From the NCBI RefSeq assembly GCF_000150275.1, contig NW_002060944.1, forward strand, positions 4,654,123 through 4,718,122: a DNA stretch of 64,000 nucleotides, given 5' to 3'. The translations under genes and the position numbers were made by a program. Under the pieces are notes generated by a model, which made no database searches, was not told the origin of the DNA, and worked only from the letters and a program-made list of their open reading frames with translations. The DNA comes from Trichoplax adhaerens (Eukaryota; Animalia; Placozoa). Shown here one piece after another: positions 1 through 13,300 of the stretch (within the stretch, counting starts at the first letter, position 1; the number at the start of each line of letters is the position of its first letter).

Positions 1-49
1 GAATATATTTTTATTTCGTACATTGTATTTTGCCGTCAAAGCAGCTCAC

Positions 50-3000
50 TTATCATCATATGCGAAGAGTCTTTTCGGAGCTGGTACAAATTTGTCAGGA
101 TCATCGCTCCTATACGAGAGTACGTTGTAGACGTCATCACACAAAACCAAGCAGCCATATTTACGAGCTACGCTTACAATTTGCTTGCTACGCTCTAGAC
201 AGTTCAAAATTCGAGGTAAATCTTACAATAGCAAATGTATAATTTTCTATCTACTGGTATACAAAATGCACAAACGCGAGAGATCATACCAGGTGACACG
301 CAAAAGCCTTTCGGATTATTGAACGTCGGAATTAGGTAAATTATCGACCAGAAAGGTTGCGCTTCAGATACAACATGATTGCTTTTGGCTTTGTGAATTT
401 TTAGGGATTCTTCTAATGTGTCTATTTGTATCCCTTCATTATCTGTCGGAACTGCAACAAATGCAATCGAATATACGATTATTCACCAATTAATCCAATA
501 ATAAAATTGAGAGTAAGGACCCAAAAATGATAATGAAGCATTCAGACACTGTGTAAAATTTATCATACGTGTACGTATGAGTATATAGTTATATTTGTAA
601 TATTATCCTTGACATAGAGCTAAATTAGATAACATTTGGTGCAAGTTCGCAACTTACTCGGCACAATATTCAAATGCATGTCCTCGCGCAACATGCTCAA
701 AGCGAGGAAATAAGTTGGTTCTTCAACGAATACGAAATCGCCACTTTTTAGAAGCAGGCCAGCCAAGGCTACAGCACCTTGCGTAGCTCCAGCATTTGCG
801 TGTATATCTTCACTAATATATTTTTAATATTTACAGAAGTAAATAGATGTTGACTCTTTCAGCCATATAGTAGATAAACTAAGTAATATTACAACTACGT
901 CTCGTACAGCATAATATAACGCTAAAATTTAAGCCGTTGTAAAGAATTTCATATTTAGTCATTAATTGATATTGACGTAAAGTATGAAATAAGTATCTTA
1001 CTGTTAACAAATTTTACCTCGATACTGGATCACCATAATGACGAGAAAGAAATTTTGCAACTTCTACTGGAAATTTCCCATCGCCTCTTGTAAGACCATA
1101 TTGCAAGAGTTGGCAGGCATCTGGTTGAGACTATTGCAAAAAAGGTTTAATCTTGATTAGGAAATGAAAATTTACAAAAATCACAGCAGTAATAGCCAGC
1201 GATCAGTACAATAAATATATTTATTATGCCATCTGCTTCGATTCCATTCATCAAGGGTATCACTGTTAAAAGTATTTTCTTACGCGCTATTACGTAATAG
1301 ACTAAAGTTTTGTTATAGCAATTTGATGCTTTTTCGAAAATTCTTAACAAAAATCCCTTGATATCTAGTCAAGAAATTGATACTGTGGCGCTATAAACGG
1401 ATACAAATCTGTTAGCACGTAAGTGAATATTCTTCGATTAACATAACACAAGATTAGCACGCACTACATCCAATAAGACTTTCAACTTTATGACATCATA
1501 ATGAAGGTAGACGAGAGTGCATTCTTATTCCGGTAAATTTTTGATTGGTTCTGTCTATTAGCAATTTAGCATGGGATCGCAATCATTTTCATATGTCAAG
1601 TACGGCATCATCTCGAAAAAAGACTGCTTAGTTAATAGGAGATTTTCAAGTTATTGTGATCCATATATTCTAATTATCAATATTGGACAAATTACATTTA
1701 TACTGTATATTGGAGGGTCTCTACTGTACACTCAGTGTACTACTGTCTACTGTACAGTACATAGAGTATAATGATCTACGAGTATATTATGGTGGTATGT
1801 AAACAAAGCAGGAAGTTTGGCGAGGTAAAAAGGGTAGTCGCAATTTATTTATTTTATTAAGATGGGCTTTCACAGTATCAATTCTATAGCTAATAAAGCA
1901 AGCCGAAATAGCCATTAAAGTTGTTGCTAAGCACACATCATTCCGTGCTAGTATACGTGTAGAAAAATCTTTTTTGAATATCTAAACACACTAGCCTCGT
2001 GGCAATTTCACACAGGACTCTGGAAACTTGCTAGCATTAGTTACTAGACCATTATTAGAGATTGCTAGCAAGTAGCGATTCTATCGTCAACGGGCAGAGA
2101 TGCGATCGGTTTGATGACAGCCGTTGTTTCCCTTGATTGTTGAAAATCAAAGTGGAAAGTAGGTAAAGGTCGTTACTGTAGTGATTCTTTAAGATTTTAG
2201 GTACCTTAGGTAATGACATACGCGTCTCTAATCGGTAATTTACATAACGTTGTAAAGCAGAAAAAGCTTGTGGAATATGAATAGTCAATCGTATAATACA
2301 ATGTGGGAAAATGTAGGCAATGGCTATAATTTTATAACGACGGTAAGTGAATGGTTGATACGAGCCAAAGTTTGAAGTACGTGTATTTCATAGCAAGGTA
2401 GAGTACAATTTGTTGGTAAGTTTATCAAGTTGATTGAGTTTGGAAACGTCGTCCATTGGCACTATTATCTATTATCTACAGTAGGAAGGGAATTAATTAA
2501 CCAGTTGTTACAATATTTCTAATTGATAACTCGATTATGCAATTCAGTGGCTTACGCATCTTCCTACAACGCAGTAATAACCCTAACTGCAAAGGCATAC
2601 AAGTTGTTTATGCCACTGATGAATTTTTTGCTTTTTTTTAAGCGTACGTATCGAGTGACCAATGTATACTAGTAGAACTAGTTGGGTAGCTCTACTCTAT
2701 CCTCCATTCATTAAAGTAGTCAGAAGACAATTTAGATCTAATACGGTGTCCATTGCAATTGTATAAATTGATCCATCCACGTCATCATGGTCACTGTCGA
2801 CCATGGCATCGAATTGGATGGAATCCATTTTCTGCAACTTACCAATCGATGTGTTGTGGCTTTTTTCAACACTTCATTAGAATGGATTAATAAATCAGGG
2901 CCAGGAGCACCAACCGTCAGTGCAGTAGAAATGTTGTTAAACGCGCCAATTTCTTGGAAATAATTTTCTGCCATATTGGAATTGAATTGCAATGCTGTGG

Positions 3001-3112
3001 TATGAAAATTGCGTCCTTTGCAAGTAGTAAGAGGCAAATAGGAGGAAGGGAGCAGCGATCTAGTCAAGGTCTTCTTACTGATTTGCAATAGAAGACTATA
3101 ACAAGAATTCAT
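50..3112 (-). CDS. Class I/II PLP-dependent aminotransferase (YER152C/ARO8-like subgroup); 5' part only, continues beyond the left edge
   Basis: Hand-spliced GT-AG exons with consistent phases: 3112-2843 (MNSCYSLL...MAENYFQ...ISTALTVGAPGPDLL...KKATTHRL), 1130-1018 (SQPDACQLLQYGLTRGDGKF...FLSRHYG), 812-658 (NAGATQGAVALAGLLLKSGDFVFVEEPTYFLA), 451-290 (PTDNEGI...IYLIPTFNNPKG), 194-50 (ARKYGCLVLCDDVY). LQYG, EEPTY, IPTFNNPxG and DDVY are fold-type I aminotransferase motifs. The catalytic Lys exon lies outside the window. Confidence 0.9.
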
Positions 3113-3168
3113 ATTAGCCAATCACTGTTACGCCCGTCCAACATTCAAGCCTAGAGAGGGAGTAACTA

Positions 3169-3195
3169 GGAGTAACTAGGAGTAACTAGGAGTAA
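3169..3195. repeat. 10-bp tandem repeat (GGAGTAACTA), about 3.5 copies starting near 3159, just upstream of the aminotransferase ATG
   Basis: agtaactagg agtaactagg agtaactagg agtaa at 3161-3195. Confidence 0.8.
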
Positions 3196-3529
3196 GATTA
3201 ACCACCAGCACCACTGGCTGCGGGTTAGCGAGAGGGGTGGTGGTGATCAGAGTTCAGATGGTCAGAGTTCACCGGTTAAGAATGATAGTGTAGAGTATAC
3301 TGTATCAGTCTGGATGGATGGAACCCTACCCTGGGCAAAGGGTGGTCGTCGACCACTCGCTATTGTTGCAAATAGAATAATAATACATGAGGTGGTTGAA
3401 GGCGTAAAGTACGTGGTGCACAGGAGTCAATGTAGCGGGCTGAATGATACAGGCGTCACTCAAAGCGACGCTTGTATTATACCAGTACAACAGCAACGGA
3501 AAGAGAGACGGACGACGTTCCATTCTTTT

Positions 3530-4400
3530 ACTAGTCAGTCTACACTACTGTACTGTACAGTATACTGTATGCTACTACTGAAATCGTATACCATACTGTA
3601 CAAAAGCAAGCAAGAAGCTGCTAACAAAAATGCATACGATTGGATCGTTTCAGCTATCCGGTCCAGTTGAGATGACGCTTCAAATAGTCGACCGCCTCAT
3701 TTTTGTACAGTATATATTGACATAGCTATTGGACCGTTCTGCTAGCCTGCTATTGCTCATTTGAGTGAGTGTTCTATTGCTGATGCATTTTTGGCGGACT
3801 ATGACATAGCTATTAGACCGTTCTGCAAGTCTGCAATTGCTCATTTGAGTGAGTGTTCGATTGCTGATGCATTTTTGGCGGACTGGAACCACGGTACAGT
3901 ACACAGTATTTCTGGAAGTTCATGATACAGTACAGTACAGTACAGCGTACTGTACTGTACAGTACTGTCCACTCATGCTACAGTGCAATGCAGCTGCGTT
4001 CTCTTCTTTTAATAACACAGTCGCGTCTGTATGTCTCTATGTCTGTATAGTATCGAATAGATTAGTAGCATACTGTACACTGTACTGTACAGTGTACAGT
4101 TGAGAAAAAACTCAACTCTATGATGAGTACCCAACGCCTACTTCGTCAGATTCTTGACCGTACCAGAATTCCGCGGGGGCTTGCAATTAGCGTACACAGT
4201 ACTGTACAGGACGTACGGTACAGTATTGTAGTCTACAGTCTACTGTACTGTAGGTAAAAACTGCAAATCTTATACCAAAGTCGACAATGCTACAGTTTGG
4301 CATAGTTTGGCCTACAGCATACAGTACTGTATGATACAGTAGAAGCAATTTTTTCTTTTTACCTTACAGTACAGTTCACGTCCAGTACTGTAGCACAGTG
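3530..4400. promoter_or_regulatory. Divergent promoter region (aminotransferase / FUBP) packed with TAC[A/T]GTA and (ACTGT/ACAGT)n motifs
   Basis: Lies between head-to-head ATGs at 3112 (-) and 4542 (+). Motif runs at about 3545-3600, 3894-3968, 4070-4100, 4194-4252 and 4319-4395. Promoter function is inferred from position. Confidence 0.55.
3718..3884. repeat. Direct duplication of an ~84-bp unit
   Basis: tgacatagctatt.gaccgttctgc...gctcatttgagtgagtgttc.attgctgatgcatttttggcggact at 3718-3800 and 3802-3884. Confidence 0.9.
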
Positions 4401-4541
4401 GACTCCATTTTGCATGCTTATTGGTCAAGTGGAGAAAGAAAAGACTCTGACTCTCATTGTCATCCCAGTTGAAGAACTCTACTGTCGAGGCATTTGAACG
4501 TTTTCATTGCTACTAGTCGTGTTGAAAGAAAAAAAAAGAAC

Positions 4542-7500
4542 ATGTCCAAGGTTGAAGAAGGTTCTAGGCAAGGTAATCTTGATGGTCCAGCTGCAGATGA
4601 TAAAGTAGCTGAAGCTATAAAGAGAGCGCAAAAAGTAAGTCAAGTACATCAGGAAAAAAATGCAAAAATACGTCGTATTGTACATCCATTGGAGATTGAT
4701 AGTCTACTGTAGACGACAAAGCATCAGTGAAAAATGGGTAGAAAATATCCCATTTCTTTCTTCATTCGCCATTGGATAACAACGATATTTTGCCAATAAA
4801 AATACAGTAGATAAGAGCGGTGGTAATGACTGTACTGGGCTATTTATCCCAGTTGAATTCTTGCCTCGCTATGATTATATCTGTGTCAAAAAAAGGCGAT
4901 CAAGTGAGCTGTACTGTAAGTCAGTGATGTCATTATGGTAGCAGGAGACGAGAGCATACTGTACTGTACACTGCAGTGACATGTATACGATACACTACAT
5001 GTAGTCGATCAGAAATGAATAGCCACCATGCAAAACATGTGCTTTGATAAGACATAGACTGCAATGGCAGTATGGATCCCTATCGCCTCGGAGGATATCG
5101 GTTATTATTCTCGCCTATCCCTTTAGAAATCATTTCCTACCTACAAAATCATTCCTTATTTGATCGTATCAAAGTTTTACTTGTTAATACGGGAGAAACA
5201 ATCGCACTATTGCTACTCTGAAATAGTAAGATCTACAATATACAGTTCGTACGTCGTGCTAGCCTCTGTCACTGTTGAAAAAACATTCTCATCGCCCTTT
5301 CTGGTTGAATCTTTAAATTGGAAGGCAAGGAACGGAGTTATTTCAATGAAATAGACAAATACATTTCTTACGGCTTGTCATGCAGTTGTAAATATATTAC
5401 AGTCAAAATGATTAGTACATATTTAGTCCTTATGAACTAGCTAGCACTGATGTTCGATGATGGTGTAGCTGAGCCAATTCAATCAACCATACTGTACCAA
5501 CCCAAAAAACGATTGATTGTACAGTACTGTGCGCTTATTTCAGCATCTCTTGTACTTAATTTTGCTAACAATACCATCCATCACGGTCGTTAGGATGATA
5601 TCAAAGTGGTCTGATATATGGTCCATACATGATAACGCTTTATCATCAATTGATATTAATTTTACTTTCCTTTCCTTCTAGATTGCAGCGCGTATTAGCG
5701 ATGTCGGAGGTTCTGCTGAAGGTCGGTACTTGTATTTGAATTGTTTCAATTTGAAAATTTCAATCCAAAAAAATACTCTTTCCGCGTAATTTACTACTAA
5801 GCGCAACGTGCTTATGTCAGCTTTAATTCTACTTTAGTCAGTCAATAATGGAATTAGTCATCCTGTATAGCTGCATTTGGGCTATAAATACTGTACATTT
5901 TCATGACAGTGGGTACATTATCGTAAACCGTCAGCAAAGCGACGGGAGCTTGTACTAGTATTTATTATAATGTTATTTTCATTTTTCTCAGGTGATTCGA
6001 CAAGAAAAAGGCCATTAGATACTCAGGGTACCACAATTGTAACAAGAATAGATGGTTTTTATAAAAGCAAAAGAGTAAATTGATCTATGTATAATGTTCA
6101 TTACTTCTTGATACATCTTATGTAGACATTAAAACTATTGGAGGCGCCAACGAACCGCCATCCAAAAGAGCAGCTCCATCGGAAGGTTAGAATGCACTCA
6201 TTTCAGAGATTTGGATACTATTTTCTCGACGTAGTTCAGTGATTGGCTAGCTAGTGTGATATACGTCGTAGCCGATATAATTTCAGTACTTTTTTGATAC
6301 GATATTACTAACGCAAGATCGATCTATTAAATTTACTATGCATAGTAATAATACTCGATGAATTTGGTATCTACTCTTTATTTAAAAATAGTCGCGCAAG
6401 CGATTCAAATTTGTTCATCTCATTTTACTTTTTCTGATATGGTAATTGACAGCTACTGCAGCGGCTATTGATAGAGCTCAAGCTGTTGCGGCTAGTATAG
6501 CTGCAAGGTTGGTAATTTTTAAAGCTAATCTTGATTCTAATTTGATACTATTGGAATGATTCTATGACATGAACGACTTATTGTCTACGATTGTGAATGA
6601 TTGTAATGTATCAATTATTTTATTGGCTAAAAACAATTTTTTCACGGTCAATAATATGTATTCGTATAAATTTTTTTATGCATGACAGATCGGGTTTAAA
6701 TTCAATTGTTGTGGAAGAAATCAAGATTCCGAATAAAATGACAGGATTAGGTTAGTTTTGGACGTCATCTCTCTTTCTATCGGCTAAAGTGTAATCATAT
6801 CATTAACAAACAACGTACGTGTACTGTTATTGTTTTAATTTATGTCCTGTTCTATTTGTCTGTGCATGATTATACCTGCAGTTATCGGTAAAGGTGGTGA
6901 TTCCATTAATAAATTGCAAGCGGAATCTGGAGCAAAGATTCAAGTTCAACCAGGTGGTGATTCGTTTTATTTTTTATTCGCTTGCAGCTAGTACGAACTA
7001 TTGAAATGTAGTACATATTCTTGAAAAGAAAGATCCAATTATGTATTTGAAAGCATTGTCTAATAATACCGTCATTAATATGTAAAACATACAAAATTTT
7101 AATTCGAATGTGATAATGATACTGACTATCGCTAGATTCGACTAATTATTACGGTATAATTAATTCCTTCCCAATGTATATTCAAACAGATGCTGATGCA
7201 CAAGGAAAACCAGAAAGGATTGTTACCATAACTGGATCTGCTGTGAATGTTGAGTACGTATTGCCTTATATTGCCTTAAATTGAAAGAATAATGGAAGTC
7301 ATATCTTACATTAAACTGCTTTTGAATCCCTTCTCATACTATATTGAACTCTTATTTTACGCAGTCAAGCAAAATATTTAATAGATCAAATGGTTAATGA
7401 AGGGCCAGCGGCAATGGTAAATTTCTTTATCATCAATCAAAGTCGATGCCTTAATATTATACGAGTTAGAATTAACTGATGGACGATTACATGTAATTTC

Positions 7501-10311
7501 TATCGGTAGCCGGGAAATGCTGCACCATTAGGTGCAATACCACCAGCTCAAAATGAGATAACCGAAGAGATTTTAGTTCCAGCAAATAAAGTAGGACTTG
7601 TAATTGGTAAGCAAGATATAACTTAATAAACTGAGTTTTCGTGGACGTGTGCATATTGAAAAATGGTTAAAACAAAGAAAATCCTTTCTATGTATTTCCA
7701 TATATTTAACAGGCAAAGGAGGTGAAATGATTAGGAGCTTTCAGGTTGGCTGTATTACTTTACATTTCATGATCTTTGAATTTATTTGATGAAATATTTA
7801 ACCTTTTTCCATCTTGCTATAACGTAATTAATTATTGACAACTTTATACAGGAACGAACACAAACACGCATGGTAATGGTCCAGGAATCATCTCATATTA
7901 CTGGACGTGATAAGCCTCTTAGAATCGGTGGAGATCCACAACGAGTTAAGGTAAGGAAACTATTTCATATACTGGACGCCTTTATCTACAAATGTATGGA
8001 AAAATTAATTAATATATTATCTTACACGTTTACTACCACTGCTGTATATGTAGAGAGCGAAGGACATGATTATTGATTTTCTGACTCAACATGAAATGGA
8101 AAGCTCGGTCGGTACCTATCTATGTAGTGGTTAATGTGTTACATTTATATTGTACAGTATTAATAGGCTTACCTTACTTTCTGCCATATTCAGAATTAAA
8201 CTTTTGTTATAACGTTGGTATAACAATTTATTTACTTTATTAACAATAAAATTGTCAACCAATTTTTGCAGCCGATGAAACCAGGTGGCGACTTTCGTAA
8301 TCAATCTACTAATGATTATGGTACTCCTGTTCACAAACAAATGGGTGGAATGGGAATGCTAGAGGTTATACTTATGCTTGATAAAAATTAGCATTGTATT
8401 ATTATCATTATTATTATTATGTGCTAACAGTGTATACCGTTAGGTACCTGTACCTCGTGACGTTGTCGGCGTCGTAATCGGTAGAGGAGGCGAAACTATT
8501 AAGCGTATACAAATGGAAACTGGTACTAAAATACAGTTTAAGGAAGGTAACGATATACTAATTAAAATCTATACTGTATAATATGGGTGATATGACAAGC
8601 TCAATTTTTTTTGTAGACAACTTTCGTATTTTTGCATGTAGTATAATAATTATTCTTATTTCAGACTCAAATCCAAATCTACCAGACCGCATTGCCATGT
8701 TAACTGGTAATGATGACTCTGTGCAACGTGCGAATAAAATGATTAGTGATCTAATAATGGAGGTACAGCGTTAATTAATATTAATATTAATAACAGCGGA
8801 ATATAAGATTGCGCTATATGTAATATAAACACATTCGCGTGCGTATGTTAGAAACGAAGACAAGGCCCACCTGGAGGACAAGGTGGTATGATGGGCGGCC
8901 AAGGTGGAAGTGCGGAAGTTGTTATCCCAGCGAACAAATGTGGATTAGTGATTGGAAAAGGTTAGATTATCCAAGTAACGTGGAACATTTATTGTACATA
9001 ATATTACTATAGTTGATTGATTTATAATTTTTTTTCTAATAATAATAATGAACCTTTAAGGCGGCGAAACGATAAGACAAATTATCCAACAATCGGGAGC
9101 CCACGTTGAGTTAAATCGTAACACTCCACAAGAATCTCCCACTCGAATCTTTGTAGTCCGAGGTAAGATGTATTATGAATAAAAATTATAACTATATAGT
9201 ATTAACTCCCTTGATGATAATTATTATTCACTTTTTGACCCTATCTAAAATGTTGTAATTATCTCACTTAGGTGGACCGCAACAAATTCAGCATGCACAA
9301 ATGATAATAAAGCAAAAGATTGGAGAAGAGATGGTATGTGTATAAAATTTTTATTGTTTAAATATAATTGGACCGTCTTGAGAGCTTAAGCTTTGATATA
9401 TTGTGAATTTAAATTTAATTTTAGGGTGGAGCAGGCATGCAACCTGGAGGGTAAGTTTTTATTATTATTATAATAAATTTTTTTGTATTGATAATCATTG
9501 TTGTACTATCCATAGGCCTGCTGGCGGCTATCCTATGCCAGGTCAACAAATGGCCTATTCCATGCAACAAGGTCAAAATTTTCCAAATCAGCAAAATTAC
9601 ACATCTTCACAGCAGCAACAACAACAACAACAACAATCTTATCAGGGATATACATCACAGCAATCTCAGATGCCCCAACAGCCTGTAAGATACAGTATAC
9701 TCATCTATTTGTGATGAGATACTTTTATTACGCATGTTTTACTTTTTATATTTTATTCATATTTTGATTATATTTGCTAAAGATCGCTGGTACAGCTACT
9801 CAAGCTGCAGGTAGATATTTGAAGATTTGTTTAAACTTGCAATTGAAAATACAGGATTGATTCATCAAGTAATACCATGTACAATTATTTAAAAATTTGT
9901 AGGTCAAACAGGTCAAGATCAGAGTGCTTGGGCAAATTATTACCAAAACTTCTATAATCAACCAACCGGAACAACTGCAGCCGCTGGTCAAATGGCAACT
10001 GCAAATCCTGGCCAGGCAACTGCAGCAACAACTCAACAAGGTATTGTAGTAATGCCAACTGGATATCCTGTTCTTTTACCCCATTTACTTGTAAAGTCTC
10101 AAACAAATATTAATATTAATTAGCAGCTCAACCGCAACAAGCTGGTAGCCAGCCAGATTATACCCAAGCTTGGATCGAATATTACCGTCAACAAGGTTTA
10201 AGTTACAACCCAAGTACAGGTACATTAACGCAATTAAATGCAGGTGGTCAAGCAGTTGGGAATCCGCAAGCAATGCAACCTGGACAAATGCACATGAATC
10301 CTACCCAATAA
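4542..10311 (+). CDS. FUBP3: Far upstream element-binding protein family (FUBP1/KHSRP/FUBP3, Drosophila PSI): N-box, four KH domains, two tyrosine-rich C-terminal boxes
   Basis: About 24 coding exons, starting near 4542, 5682, 5992, 6126, 6452, 6690, 6882, 7190, 7365, 7510, 7713, 7852, 8053, 8272, 8444, 8665, 8852, 9061, 9272, 9425, 9516, 9783, 9903 and 10124. N-box [18 protein letters not shown] GxxG loops [33 protein letters not shown]-terminal boxes [12 protein letters not shown] and [15 protein letters not shown]. Stop TAA at 10309-10311. It is a pro-ortholog of the three vertebrate paralogs; the symbol was chosen only because FUBP3 neighbours PRDM12 in human. Confidence 0.93.
9610..9636 (+). 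repeat. CAG/CAA polyglutamine tract (Q9) in a FUBP coding exon
   Basis: cagcagcaacaacaacaacaacaacaa, read in frame as [13 protein letters not shown]. Confidence 0.85.
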
Positions 10312-13300
10312 AGTAAAGAAAGTAGCCATTGATGGTAAGTATACATTTTCAGTGACGGTAAGAATAAGACATATGTCAACAGTTGTACAATTGAATGCCT
10401 TTATAGTATTTGATGAGACTAGTTTTAGTATCCATTTAATTTCAGAAGAATCCCCTGGAGTAAGTATTAATGTACTTGCCTAATTAATGTAGTACGTTTA
10501 TTTTGAAATAGGACATTGAACTTGTTGGTCATTCTATATATATTGTTAAGAAATTAACATGCTAAACCTTCCTGATGTTGAAGAAGTCTTAATAGTTTTT
10601 TGTTTGGATGTATAAAATTGTTATATGTAGTATTTTATATCATTTGGTATATGACCAATTTTAGGTTGCATTCCTTATTCTTTATAATATCTTAATTCCT
10701 TGTAAGCATCTTTAATATCTAATGGAATATAACTACAGTCGATATGTTGAACAAAAATTTTGTTTAAGTATATCGAACATTCACGTAGTAGTATCCAAAT
10801 TGTATTTATAGGTACATATAGATGGTATCTCTATTGGGTAGTTGCTATAATGTTTGGCAGCTGTTGGAGATGGCTTAAGCTTAATGTACACTGATAGTAG
10901 AAATTGCTTCTTCCTGTTCAACTAACATTTCCTTTCTCTTTAGCGTTTATCTTTCATATATTTTCCACTTTCGCTTGATTAAAAGATCGTTGAATTTATG
11001 CCTTGTTATATCATAAGTTGATATATGTGTTGATTCTTGTTGATGCATTTGCCCTATAGAACAATATTTTATATATATATACGCATAATTGAGTTTCTAT
11101 GCAGTTTCTGTTTTAAAGCTTAGTGTATTCGTATACAACAATTTACTATAGTATGATCACAATTAAGACTTTTTCATTGTTGTTTCTTATTAGTCAGGTT
11201 TATATATACCGTATAATTTATTCGATGATAATTTTTATCCAGTGGGAGGAGGGTTTTGATCATTGCGGTATATCGTAACTTACATTGATGTTTGACAAAT
11301 GTTGAATCGATATAATAATCTTATGCTACTGTAATTATGCAAAGTTTAGATAGCATTTTGTTATCTATGTATTCGTTTCATCAAGTTGTTTAATGATATA
11401 CTAATCCGAAATCTATGAATGATCTACGTTATAGAAATTATTACAATGCTACATGTGTCAGTATTCGTATTATGATGACTATATGATTTTATATATCCAC
11501 TACGCGTTAATAACATTGCAGCACTAACGTTTCGATAATCAGATGTTGCTTAAGATTTATTGGCGTAACGATTGATTTTCCTTGGTTTAGAAGAATTTGC
11601 CGTAGATTCTTCCTTTTCCTGCACAGAATACAATGGGTTACTAAGCCTGATGGCCTTGAGCGGATTATTGAAGTAGTGAGACAGTAATCGAACAATTCGA
11701 TGAAGTAATCACTGTTGCATTGTGACTTGACAATAGTTGTTATAGCGAAATTTTTATATCATTGAGCTACATTTCTAGTGGTTTTATGACTTCCAATTTT
11801 AAACCCTTAGAAGGTGAACGCATTTACAGATTAGCTAAGCTTTTATGATGAAGTTTACGTTAGATTCCAAATAATCCTAGCTGTTTTTTAATACTAGAAA
11901 AGTGATAGTACATGTGCTATATAGATCATACATTACATAGTTTCATTGTTATTGTTTTATTCGTTGATTGATAATGTATAATCATAATGCCCTTAATCTT
12001 ATGCAATCGGATAAAGTTTAACTCTACATGATTCTTATCATATTAATATTACGAAATATTTCAATTTCATTAATAATATTGAAAGCCACGTTATATCAAC
12101 CTTTTCTATTAGGGAAATTCATGATCACTCTGCATTTATCACTCCCTAGATTGTGATTTTCTATCTCCTATATCGTATATGATATATCAGATGTAGATAC
12201 GTATATATGTATATGTATATATTTATAGACTCCTCGGTTCGCAAGTACTACGATAGAATAGGTTACTTACGCGTGAAGACTACGTGTCTTTGTTCTTTCT
12301 TGACTGACCATTTGAAGCACGCAAGTAGGTGAGGACAGTTAATTTTATCCGTGATGGTGAAAAATGTATTTACATTCTTGAAAAAGTGTCATATTTTCAT
12401 AAAGTCTGCGTATTATGAATTTATTATTGGGAGCATAATCTCGTATACCGTAATAGATCTATCTTGATTGCGGTGCTCTTCAATTTTATCCTGAAAATGG
12501 TCATTAATTTGTAATCATTTAGTTAAGATTAATTTCAGTTCTTGCTATATTAATCATCCCTATGCTACAAAATTCGGTGTTGAAAATTATATCAAATTGT
12601 TTTACATCTTTATACTGCACGTGCAATTTTGATGGTTTAGTGGTTTAAGAAAATGTATCAGCTGTTTCCATCAGACCAGTCAAGTTAAATTCGTAATAAT
12701 GATGCACAGTCTTGATTATAGATGATTTTAAACTTGAACCAAAGTCACTTAATTACGTAATAGTAAGGTAGATCATATGGATGATATTTCTTCATAAATC
12801 GATAATTCGGATAAATTAAATGATCAAAATACATTAGAAATGCAATTAGTTGATAAAAGCACAATATCAGATATAATTCATTCATTTGTTTGAAACTGGA
12901 GTAAGCCGGCATATAGTTATTTTGGATAGATAATTTTTAAGATAAGATGTTGTCACCCTATGATTGATATTCGATTGAATAGCGATCGTTTTGTTACGAT
13001 TAGATGCAGAGTTTTATTTTGTGTTTAACATATTTGTAGTGAATGTTAAAATAATATGCCAGCAGAATTACCAATGGTCAAGTATCTGAAATAATTTACA
13101 CTAGTTTATGTTCTTTCCATAATTAAGCTAAATTTAACCAATAAGGTAAAGTGTAGACATGTATAGGATGTAGGATTCTATTCGCACTGGATATGTAATT
13201 TAAGACTAGAATTTTATAAATTAATCGCCTAAATTTGAGTATTGGAGGTGATATGCTACGTACTATAATATCCTTAACTTAAATAGACTTTTAGATATAC

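Noticed and set aside
50-3112. KYAT1/CCBL1 ortholog (also on human 9q34)
   Set aside because: The motifs (GAPG, LQYG, EEPTYFLA) fit the YER152C/ARO8-like group rather than KYAT1, so it was not counted as synteny evidence.
3314-4103. Short ORFs (3314-3670, 3680-3904, 3849-4103) as genes
   Set aside because: They are by-products of the ACTGT-rich motifs and the 84-bp duplication (YCTV repeats) and contain no recognisable domain.
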